64,000 nucleotides of DNA from Phoronis australis (lineage: Eukaryota; Animalia; Phoronida). Positions within the stretch are counted from its first letter, which is position 1. Each line of letters starts with the position of its first letter. The position numbers were made by a program, and so were the translations under genes. The stretch spans positions 310,001 to 374,000 of the forward strand of contig NMRA01000299.1 of the NCBI GenBank assembly GCA_002633005.1, read 5' to 3'. Of the stretch, positions 50,901-62,900 are shown one piece after another. The notes beneath the pieces are model-generated. The model did no database searches, was not told where the DNA came from, and was given only the letters and a program-made list of their open reading frames with translations.

Positions 50901-53900
50901 GTGATTATTCACATTTGTACCAAACTTTTGTCCATGAATTACAAAAGCGTGTCTGAGGGATTTTTTCTTAAGCCCTTTAAAGCACGAGAGTTTGGTTGTC
51001 AAAAAAACATCACCTCCATTTTTTCAAGAAATGTTAAGGTCGTCATTTTTCAAAACAATTCTTGAAATGAAATCCCAGACTCTTTTTTATAGCTCATAGA
51101 ATAATAAAAAAAGCAGAATTTGCATGTTTTGCTCAAAAAGGTTCTTGTTTGTGAAAGGTATGGTGATCTCTGAAATATCAAGAATTTTAGAAAAAACGCT
51201 GTCATGTGGAACATGTGGGTATCAGCTTCAAGGATTTTGAAAATTTTTAGTATTGTAAGAATTGTGTTATTACTCAAGAGTTATTTAAGAAATTTCACAC
51301 TTGGTAACAAAGGGAGCCTATTACGTTGACAAAAGGATACTTAACCCGATTGGGTAATTTCACTCACAGCTGGTTCTGTCACGTGCTATAATTGTACAGT
51401 TATGACATCCCTCGAGAGGTTAAAGCACTGCTCACGTAAGACATCCTCGCTGAGTCTCAGAGCAAATAACATGGTTTGGGGTGTGTTTTTTTTTTCCTTA
51501 GAAATAGGTTAACTCTCCTTATCTGAGTTTTTGAACTTGTTGCTAACCACTGCGCCTTGACAATAGTTACAGACGAGTTACGTTTAACAAATATGAGTGA
51601 TCCATCTTAGTTATATTGTTTTGATGATCTAAAACACGGTTTAGGTACCCTTTGAGAAAATTAATGTGTTGCACTTAATAAGAACAAGTTTTTGGTTGTC
51701 ATGGTTATTCCAGCTTGATAATTGTTTATAATTAGTCATTAAAAACCATAGTTTGTCCAATAAATGCAAAAGTATAGTTCTTTTATCATCTTAGAATTTG
51801 CTGCATTTTTTCGACTTTCAGATTTATCACAGATCAGCAAAGGTTTCAACAGACGTTCCTATTGAATCATTGAAAGAACAGGTGACCACTGCTGTAGAGA
51901 ATGAGGCAAGTTCAACTGCTTTCAAAATAGGGAAAACCCTTTCTAGTCAACATTATGCTTAGTTGCTGTTAGGTGTTTTAGGTATTACCGCTAGGGGGCA
52001 GTTTTGAGTTTTATCAAGGAGTTCTAGTTGGTCACCGATGGTGAGCAGATGTGTGTCATGATTTATCTGAACACTGAGGCTGGACTTTATGTTTTCTTCA
52101 TACTTTCTAAATACTGAACGTTATTTGTTTATGTGGTGACCCTTTGCTACGGCATGGACAGCAGCGCATTTTGTATGGAACTTGACTGTATTATTTTGGT
52201 GGACTGGTAGAGTTAGCGGAACGCCTTGCCTTGGTGATGAAGACTGAAGATGCCGCGAGTTTCAATTTTTCTACTGTTGGTGCTGACGTTCTACCCTGTC
52301 TTCGTCCCAAGTTTCGCGTAACTTGTTATCATGTTTGTAAATATGTAAATAGATATTGATTTAGATCAGGATAACTGAAAAGTCTTTCTTTTTGTTTATA
52401 TTACTGTAACAGTTGCGAAGAAGAGACATTTATATTCTTTTCTTGTAATGCTTGATGTTGTGAATGGATATTACATTTAAAGCCAATTCCCACATTCCTG
52501 ATCCAATGCTCCTCATATGCTGAAGTAGAAAAACCTGCAGTTGATATGAGTGAGTTAGTTTTATATGCTGACGCATTACGGAGAGGATCCAGGCAAGTAA
52601 ATGATTTATTGTGCATCACTCAGGTTTTCAAAATTTTTGATGTCTGCATTGCGAATTACCATGCAATAATAAAACTTGATGGGGACCAGAATGATAGATG
52701 GCTAATTAATTGAAATTAGAAGTTAGTGATTAGCCAAGAGCAGTGTTTAACTGTGGAGCAAGTGTACTTTTAATGCTCGAATTTGTGGGTAAGTGCTGCA
52801 GAATCGGGGGGGGGGGACACCATAGTACTTGGGAAGTGGTCATTGTGTGGTCACAGTAAAATGTGGTCAAAGGTTAGAGGCCATGTCACAACTTTGTTGC
52901 GGCTTGCATAGCAGTAAAAAATCTGAACTTGTTTATAAGTTCTAGTCAAACTTTTTATGAATTTATAATGAGATCAAATAAACAGTTCCGAAGACTGGTT
53001 TTATGGTCAAGTTGATTGTAAGTGGCTAGGTAACACTCTGTGAAAAGATAGTCAGTATGGTGTTTGTTTATCACAGATTCACAGCCAGGCAAGTGAGTAT
53101 GAAGTGTCAGAGGATGAGTACTACCAGCTGCAGCTGCAACAGTGGTCCAAGTTCTACTCATGCTGTGTTCAGTATCAAGAGGTTGGTGGTCTAATGTTGT
53201 AGTACCGGTGTTTGTGTACGCCAACATCTATATGAATTGGCTGGTTATAGATCAGGGAAATGTGAGTCAAAAGTTAAGATGTTGCATTGGTGGCACAGGT
53301 TTCCCCCACCTGCCTTGGAAGAAAATGGACTTATAAATGAAAAAAGGTCCATTGTTACATTTTCTGAAAAAGCAATTCGCGTAACTTAAGCATATTTTCT
53401 GGACTGTTCAGAGAACGTAAGAAAAATTTACTAACAAGATTTAATTCGTGCTAAGTTGAACTACGAGAATTGTGAGATCTTTTCCTACAAATGCAGCTGT
53501 CAAATTTCAAACTCCATGTAGAATGCGAGAACTCACATCAGGTATACTTTCAAATGAAAACATTGGTGTGTTGAAAAGAGTCATCTTTCACTGTAGTGGG
53601 AAACTCAAATTCAAAAAACAGTGCTAGTGAATAAACGAACTGCCTCGTAGATATGCATTAAGGTAGTCATGTGGGACCTTTAGCCCACGAACTTCTCCAT
53701 GTTGATGACCTACTTTATACTCTGGACGACCTTTTTCTATAAGTATATACTAGATCATCATGTTTCAGGTTGGTTCCAAACCTTTAGGTCTGTTCTCAGA
53801 TGTTGCTACTGGGATGGTGTGTGTTGTGAAGAAGACAACTTTGTCCTACATCCGACCATGCGACATACTGGAGTTTTTCCAGTTGTCTCCCCAGTATCAG

Positions 53901-56900
53901 ATCACATTTGATGACTTTCCATCTAAATATATTCAAGGTAAGGTAAAATTCGGCTTATATTGGAGCATTATATCAATGATGGGTGACTGGATTTAAATGA
54001 CATTTTCAGATATAATGATTTATACACTGTTGTTCAAAATGTGTTTAGGAATAGTTTAAAACTTTCATTTAGGACTTTTTATGTTTATCATGAAATAGTA
54101 ATAGCATAAAGAAATGAACTCAAGCAGTAAAGCAGAACATTTTAATTTAGCACTTGCAAATATCGGTATCTGGTAAAAAAGGCTCGAGAATTGTCTCCGT
54201 AAGGCTATCTGTGGGTCATTTTTATGCGCCCACAGATTTATATGTGGACACATTATGCCGTCATCTCCGTCCGTCCGGCGTCCGTCTGGCGTCCGCTGCT
54301 CTGTCTCCAAAACGCCTTGACGTATGTTCATGAAATTTTGCACGTGTTCCTTCCGTAGATGGGATGGCATGAGCGAACTTTCGGATGGATCTGACTACCG
54401 GTGTGCCCCCTAGTGGCAATTTTAATTATTTACGTTTACCTCTGTATCTTCAAAAGTCCTGAAAGGATCTTCATAAAAGTTGGTATATAGGCACCTATTA
54501 ATGAGATGACGCTATCCTCCCGTTTTCAGATGGATTTGACGTAGTTTGAGCCACCTACTGGTCATTTTTACTGTTTTCGAGTCTGTTTTTTGCGTCCTCC
54601 CCTCTATCAAGCAGACTGCTCAAAGGATGATTGTGAAAATTGGCATGTATGTTTTTACTATGAAGTGGACGGCTAGCGATGATTTTCCGACAACTTCGAC
54701 TACTGTGGCGCATCCTAGTGGCATTTTGTTTTTTACGCCCATGGCTGTATCCCCTAAAGTGTTCGCAGGATCTTTACTAAATTTAGTAAGTGTGTTCATA
54801 TGATGTCAACAACGGAGGACGACGACTTCAGACGGATCTGACTACTGGTGTGCCACCTAGTGGCAATTTTATTTTTTTTACTTTTACCTCAGTCTGTATG
54901 TTCAAAGGTCCTCAAGGTATTTTCATAAAATATGGCATACAGGCATCTGTTAATGAGATGACGATATCACTCCGTTTTCAGATGGATTTGACCTAGTTTG
55001 TGCCTCCTAGTGGCCATTTTTACTGTTTTCGAGTCTGTTTTTTGGCGTCCACTCGTCTATCAACCAAACCGCTTTCAGGATAATTGTGAAAATTTGCATG
55101 TATGTTTTTACTATAAAGTGGATGGCGGACGATGATTTTCCGACGAGTTCGACTACTGTGGTGCTTCCAAGTGGTAGTTTTGTTTTTTGTTGTGCTCATG
55201 GCTGTATCTATTAAACCGTTTGCTGGATCTTTACCTCATTTAGCAAGTGTATTTTATATGATGTTGACAATGGATGACGACTACTTTCGGACAGATTTGA
55301 CTAGTGGTGTGCTTCCTAGTGGCAATGTTATTTTTTTACATTTACCATTTTGTATCTTCAATGGTCCTCAACAGATTTTCATGAAATTTTAAATATAGGC
55401 ATCTATTGATGAGATTACGCTATCACCTTGTGTTTGGATGGAATCGAGGTATTTTGCGCCACCTGAGTGGTGGCTGTTTTTTGCTCTTTTCAAATCTTGT
55501 TTTTGTCATCCATCCCTCGATCAACCAAATCGTTCTAGGAATGGTTTTGAAAATAGGCATATAGGTTTTCAGTGTGAAGAGGACGTTTGATGATGGCGAC
55601 TGACTACTGTGGCACCTCCTAGTGGTAGTTTTGTTTAGCACCCATAACTATATCTCCAAAACCAACTGCAGGATCTTTATTACTCTGCACGTGCAAACGC
55701 AGAGTACTGCTGTTCCTGGGTTTTCTTAAATTTTATTCTTATTACTCTGCGCGTGCAAGTGCAGAGTACTGTTTTTCCTGGGTTTTCTCCAGTTTTATTA
55801 CTCTGCGCGTGCAAGCGCAGAGTACTGTTGTTCCTGGGTTTTCTTCAATTTTATTCTTATTCTTATTCTTATTCTTCTTCCGACCAAATTTGACACTTAA
55901 TAACTACAAATTGGGTGCAGGTACGTTCTTTAAATTCAGCATATGATTTTTGACAGTACATAAATTTTGATTCGTTATATAATCATTTCCATATTGCACC
56001 GGAAGAGGTTGTTTGGTGCAAAGGTCATATAATTTTCAAAATGCTACTCCTTCTTCAGTTTTAAAGCTATCTTGAAATTCAAAAGTCTGATTGGTACGTC
56101 CAATTCAATTCGAAATACAAAGTTTCAGGTCATTTAGTGCAACCACGGGGTCATTACGTGCATTTTTCTTCTGAAAATTTGTCCTTTTCATTCACCAAGT
56201 ATTCTGATGTGTCAACCGTTAGACAGCTGTGATTCTCAGCATGAAATATGTTTTTCACAGACTTTGCAATAGTTCTACTAAAAGGGATTGTAATGCATTG
56301 GATAGGATCAATTAGTGCAAAGGTCATCTTCTTTTGAAAAGGTTATTTCTCCTACATTTTTCAAGGAATTGTTTTCAATTCCAGCTCATTTGTCTAAACC
56401 TCAGGGTTGGAATTTTCCGTGGAAACGTGGATTTACGCTTTTTTCAAATGTTCTGTCCGCGCATATTATTATATTTCCGCGTAAAAAAAATCGGATTTGA
56501 TGATTATAAAATTTCCGCGGCAAATTTCTTTCTTACCGCGGTGTTGCAGACGACGTTCACCTCGAAAAGCGGAAGTTGCTCTTTATGTTTCGGAGGAACG
56601 TAAATTGTCAACATTGCCGGGGCATCTGGGATAGCGTGGTGGGATTTTCAATGGCGTCTCGTGTTATTGTAAACCGCGGCGACAAATACTACGGCTCTGC
56701 AGCCAAAAATGTGTAGGTTGGGAGTGGACGGACGAGCTAAAAGGACGCAGACACATGCTACTGATGGTGGTAACGTTTTTTTTTTTTAGTTCCGATTTTT
56801 GTCGGGGAAAGGTTCACATCGACCATTTCAAGGCTGGGTAGCGCGCATGATTTGGGCCGTAAAAGTTTTCGCTTTTTTGTCATTGGTCATTCCAAGCCCT

Positions 56901-59900
56901 GAAACCTATATGCTAATCAAATACCCTACTTTACTAAGCAATAGGGCCATCTAATAAGAAAAAATAGGTCACAGGTCATTGAGTGCAAACTAAAATTTTG
57001 AACTTGACACTTCAAATTTTCATACCTGTTCAGTAAACGCGATTGAGTTTGAATTATAAAGTCCATGTCATTTGGTGCAAACATGGGGTCGTTATGTGCC
57101 TTTTCTCTTCTGAAATTTTGACCAATTCATTCATCTTGTATAATTCTAAAGTGCTTAAAGTAAGACATCTCTAATTCTTACCACTAACCACATTTTTCAT
57201 CGAGTTTACATTCCTTCCCTAATCAGGGCTCGTAATGCACTGGCAAGGGTCAATTAGTGTAAAGGTCATCAAATTATCAACTTGTATTTTCTCCTATAGT
57301 TTATAGAATTCTTTTTCATATTGGTGAACGGGTTCTTGTCAATGACTTCCCATAACAATTCCAGTAATACGCACGCGCAGAGTCCATGATTGTCACACCG
57401 TGACAATAATCTTTCTAGTTAAATTTAGTGAGTGAATTTATATGGAAATAACAGAGGACGACTTTCAGGCTGATGGAACAGACAATTTCATTTTGTTCTG
57501 TTTTGCTTTGTTTCTCTGAAGTTCCTTGACAGATTTTTACGAAATATGGCATGTTCCCATTTTTGGATGGATTGTATATTTTTGCGCCATCTAGTGGCCA
57601 TTTTTGTAATACAAATAAATAACTCCAAAAGCACACCATTTGTGATGCATTGGTGGGCGCATTTCAACGCTCCGCATTGCTCTTGTATCATGAATAGATA
57701 GTTTCTGATGAAGGCTAATGTCTGTGATGATAGGCATGAAGTGTGCACTTCTTGGCCACGTGGTTTTAACTCGGGTCAAGTTTTTTATTAGTCTTCGATT
57801 CGCAGTTTTCATGTGTAGGCCTACAAAGAAATTTAAGTTCCTGTTGAGGGAGAAGATGTGGAATCTATTGACAAGTACACTGTGTCTGTTCTGAAAGGCC
57901 AGGCCATAGTGGTACACGTTCCTCGCAAGATCAGCAAAACTTTTCTGTTCTTTATGAAGATCGATGGAAGTTTGAAGTGTATAGTCACGACTAAATACAG
58001 ACATGACGAAGCTAGTGGTCTAGAAATTCCGCACAAAATGATTTTATCAGGACTGCCGGATCTTATTCATAAATTGAGGATGTTACTGTTGAATTTTTGC
58101 ACATCTGGTCTGTATCATCTGCTAGATATTTTAGAAAAAATATTTATTGCTAAGTTACGAACAGTTGTTGAATGTTAGCCTGAAAAAACATGCTCCAGTC
58201 TGTGCCAAGAATTTTTAAATTCTAGGTTGTCATTCTTGACAAGTAAAATTTTATGGCAGACAAATTCTCATTGTAAAAATTTAATGAAATCTTGAATGTA
58301 ATAGATATGTTTTTGCAAATAGATATTGTTCTTTCTGCTATTTTTCAAAATAAGATGATACTTTTTGTGATAACTTCATTTATGTTTACTCTGGTGAACA
58401 CTTGTACTTCTGCTTGATAATAACATTGTCTGGTGTGCTACCATTTTGTCTTCATTGTTTCAGACCGTTCTCTGTGGTCTCAGGTCATCACACTTGTTCA
58501 CTGTACTAAGTTGGTGAAGAGGCTGCTAACAGCAGACCTTGAGTATGAGTTTGAACACAGCTTGTTTCATGGTGAGCCAGTCAATGTTGCTCAGCAAGTT
58601 GTTGATGCAATCCTGAGGGATCAAGGGTACGTAAGTAGGGTGTAAGCACTTCACAGCCACACTGATTTTTGTGTCATTATTGTGAATTCATCTTGTGCTT
58701 GTTTAATTTTGTTGTCTGCTTACTTTGCAGTTGTTTTGTCTGATTCATTGAAGTTGTTAAATCTTGCCCAAATGTATATTTTGTACATGTCAGTTTTCCT
58801 GTCTTGGTGAGCTATGGGTCCCGATGCTCTGGGGAGTGTCAGTTCATGATAGGGTCCTTTCAGCTTTATCCCATCTCATTCAAAAAGAAAAGTTTCAGAG
58901 GTACAAATTGAATCAGCTGCTGGTCCTGCTACATAACTGTAGCTAAATTGACACTGGCTCGTTTTAATGGGTCTATACCATATGAGTGTTCTTCACAACA
59001 GAAAATTCAAACTCAACGGGAATTACAGTTATGTGTTCAAAAGGCTATGTTCATACTGTGGTGAGTCTTGAAATAAGTACATTGAAATGGGACCATAAGT
59101 CCAAAATGGCATAACTAATCTTCCAAAACTTAAACTTGTTACATGCGTTTTCAGACTTGACAAAAGGGAGGCAAAATCGTCACAACAAAATTCAAACTTG
59201 ATGCAGTGATGAGTCAAAACAGGTTGTGGAGAACACTCACTGGGTATTCATATTACTTAGATGCTGTCTGGGTCTGTTTCTTCCAAACCTCTGCAGGGTA
59301 ACACATGACTGTGTGTTCTTAAGGAAAAACAACATACAGCAACTACTTTGCAGTCTAGTGCTCACTGAATATGTTTTGAGTGAGTTTATATGCACAAAGT
59401 CCCGAGGTCGCCGATTTTGGAAAGTCTGATTTATGAGAAAAATAGTCCCCATGACTGGAAAGCTCATAGAAACTGAAGAATATGTAAAAACTTGTGAAAT
59501 TTCATGGAATTTTTTTTAAAGAATTATCTTCCAAGTACTAGCACAAATTGATGCACTTAGTTCTGAGAAAAAAATTACTATTTAACTTGTGGGAAAATGA
59601 TGTGGAAAATCGAAATGATAGCATGTATTCTTTTCCATTTCCTTCATTAGAGAGCGCAATGTGCATGAGACTATGAATGAGCTGCAGACACTTGTTCGGA
59701 ACCTCACAGATATTGAAAAGGCTGTCACGGTGTTGTTGGAGCTAGCCGACCTTGCCCAAGGCAATCCGGAGGGTCTACAGACCAGTGACTTGAGTAAGCA
59801 TTTGCTCGTAGGTGACATGGTATTCAGAATTTAGTGCTAATGAATTCAGGCCCCTCTTAGATTAAGAGCAAAAAGAAGTCCATCAACATCCGGGTGTCTT

Positions 59901-62900
59901 TGAGCGTATGGTCAAACGTTATTACCTGAATAGATGCATTTCGGTAAACCAACACCATGCAATGTATTTGGACGAAAATAAAGCACTCTTATATCTGTAT
60001 AGCTGTGCCAAACAAGGGTTATGGCTCAGATGGGATGTAGTTATGTCACTTGATGTATTTTGGAGCAAGAGTCTCTATGCTTGGAATCCATCTCTCTTGG
60101 CATTTAGGTTAAATGCCATACACGATGTACTTCCAACACTAGCAAATTTACATTTATGAAAACAATCGCCTTCTGAACATTGCAACCTCTGCAGAACAGC
60201 TAAAGGCACACTTCACCACATCCTCAACAATTGCACAGTAGCATTAAATAATTGTCGCTACACTTGGCGACATGACCAAGTCCTAGCAATAATATTTGAT
60301 GCTATCAATGAAGTAGTTCAAAACCGTCCGAAGCCTGTAACTGAATAGCAATCAGATTTAAGTCAAAGAATGGTTTTTACTTCAGCAATAACAAAACAGA
60401 GCCGAACTTCAGAGAACAAGCCCACTTCCAGGCCAAGATCAACGATTGGAAACTAATTAAAGATTGTACAGAAACGCCTCTTATATTCCCATCTGAAATA
60501 ACAGATTCGGCATTAAGACCTGACATTGTGCTATGGTCAATTCAGGCAAAAAGAGCAGTTTTAATAGAACTTGCAATACCAGCAGAAGACAATATGGAAT
60601 CAGTACACCTGAGGAAAAGAATGAAATACACAAATCTCGTCGAAGAATGTGAAAATGCAGGATGGCAAACAGTCCTGTTCCCTGTTGAAGTNAAATAAAG
60701 CACTCTTATATCGGTATAGCTGTGCCAAACAAGGGTTATGGCTCAGATGGGATGTAGTTATGTCACTTGATGTATCTTGGAGCAAGAGTCTCTATGCATG
60801 GAATCCATCTCTCTTGGCATTTAGGTTAAATGCCATACACGATGTACTTCCAACACTAGCAAATTTACATTTATGAAAACAATCGCCTTCTGAACATTGC
60901 AACCTCTGCAGAACAGCTAAAGGCACACTTCATCACATCCTCAACAATTGCACAGTAGCATTAAATAATTGTCGCTACACTTGGCGACATGACCAAGTCC
61001 TAGCAATAATATTTGATGCTATCAATGAAGTAGTTCAAAACCCTCCGAAGCCTGTAACTGAATAGCAATCAGATTTAAGTCAAAGAATGGTTTTTACTTC
61101 AGCAATAACAAAACAGAGCCGAACTTCAGAGAACAAGCCCACTTCCAGGCCAAGATCAACGATTGGAAACTAATTAAAGATTGTACAGAAACGCCTCTTA
61201 TATTCCCATCTGAAATAACAGATTCGGCATTAAGACCTGACATTGTGCTATGGTCAATTCAGGCAAAAAGAGCAGTTTTAATAGAACTTGCAATACCAGC
61301 AGAAGACAATATGGAATCAGTACACCTGAGGAAAAGAATGAAATACACAAATCTCGTCGAAGAATGTGAAAATGCAGGATGGCAAACAGTCCTGTTCCCT
61401 GTTGAAGTCGGCAGTAGAGGCTTCATCTACAAATCATTGAAGAAGCTAATGAATTTCCTCGAGGTTCCCAAAGAAATCAAAAAACAAACATACCAAACGG
61501 CCAAACTATTCACAATCATGACTCAACAGAGGACCCTATACAATCAGCTACTTCGTCATCCCCGATATTAAAAAATAGGGCGCACTTTCAACATAGATGT
61601 CGCACATCACATCTGAGTCAAACAAGTCAAGATATTTTTGAAATTCATCCTTGTACGGGAATTGGGGATAGTTAGGCCTATAAAAGATCTTAAACCCAGC
61701 GGCAGAGCGTCTAAAGTTGCTGGCAACTCATCGGAGAAACAACTTTAACATCCTTCGCCGCAGAGATAATAACTCTTGGGCTGTCTCTGGTTAGTCCATT
61801 CATTCTTGAAAGATGTTTAGGTAAAAAATTACGGTAATATAAACAAAAAGAAGCACTTTTCAGTAATTCTGATGTAAATTAATCTCTATTTACATATTTA
61901 CAAACATGATAACAAGTTACGTGAAAGTTGGGAAGAAGACAGGGTCGAACGTCCAAAACTTGAAACTTGCGGCATCTTCAGTCTTCATCACCGAGGCGTC
62001 TTCACATGTTTCATTGACTCCATAAGTCCACCAAAATAATACAGTCAAGTTCCATACACTGACAAGACGCTGCTGTCCGCAACGTAGCAAAGGCTCGCAA
62101 CATAAACAAATAACATTCATTATTTAGAAAGTATGAAGAAAACAAAGTCCTGCCTCAGTGTTCAGATAAATCATGACACGTCTGCTCACCATCGGCGACC
62201 AACTAGAACTCCTCGATAAAACTAAAAACTGCCCCCTAGCGGGAATACCTAACATACCTAACAATTGTACATTTGTTTACGGTTATGATACATCACGTAC
62301 AGCACTCAAAGGTTGTTCTTGCATTATGTCAACATCACATGCCAATGGAAGTTGGTGTCCTTGTTTTCATTTTCTACATCACTGCCTCACTTAGAAAATG
62401 TTAAAGCCGTGACTGACCAGAACATTCTTGGTTTGTCAATCCACTCTGCGTTTTATTGAGCTGAAGGTAATAGACACTTCTGACAAACCCAGTGAAGCCA
62501 CCCCCACCTTCATTGCGAAGTGCCACAAGTGCAAAGCAAATACTGTGGAAGTCCGGGATAGGTCAAACAGACTGCTTTCGACATGTTCACAATGCTATTT
62601 TACTGAAACTGTAATGGGCTTGGGTCAGACAGTCTCAAAGGGCACTGGATAAAAATGTGTTGTTTTACACACGGGTACATCCACGATTTCAAGTCTTTGA
62701 AACCATTCAGTAAGAAAATCTTGAGGTTAAAGCTTATTAAATGAATCGCACAAATAAATCTTTAAAATTTTGTGTTGCTTTTTTACATTTTTTTTTCACA
62801 AAAATACTTCAATCAATGAAAGGTGTGAAATTAATTGCATTTTTGATGGGAACTTGTAAAGCCATTTCAGGCTCGTGCAAATCACTACCGTTTAGTCATT

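Larger units (their letters stand above)
54221..57686 (+). mobile_element. HINE/DINE-1-like element, family 1, with nested insertions
   Basis: Same 5' and 3' structures as 40648-41727, interrupted at ~55678. Confidence 0.75.

Noticed and set aside
57706-57740. Second hammerhead (CTGATGAAGGCTA...)
   Set aside because: GAAA box and stems are not intact. Similar partial hits at 11561 and 19309 also lack stem II.
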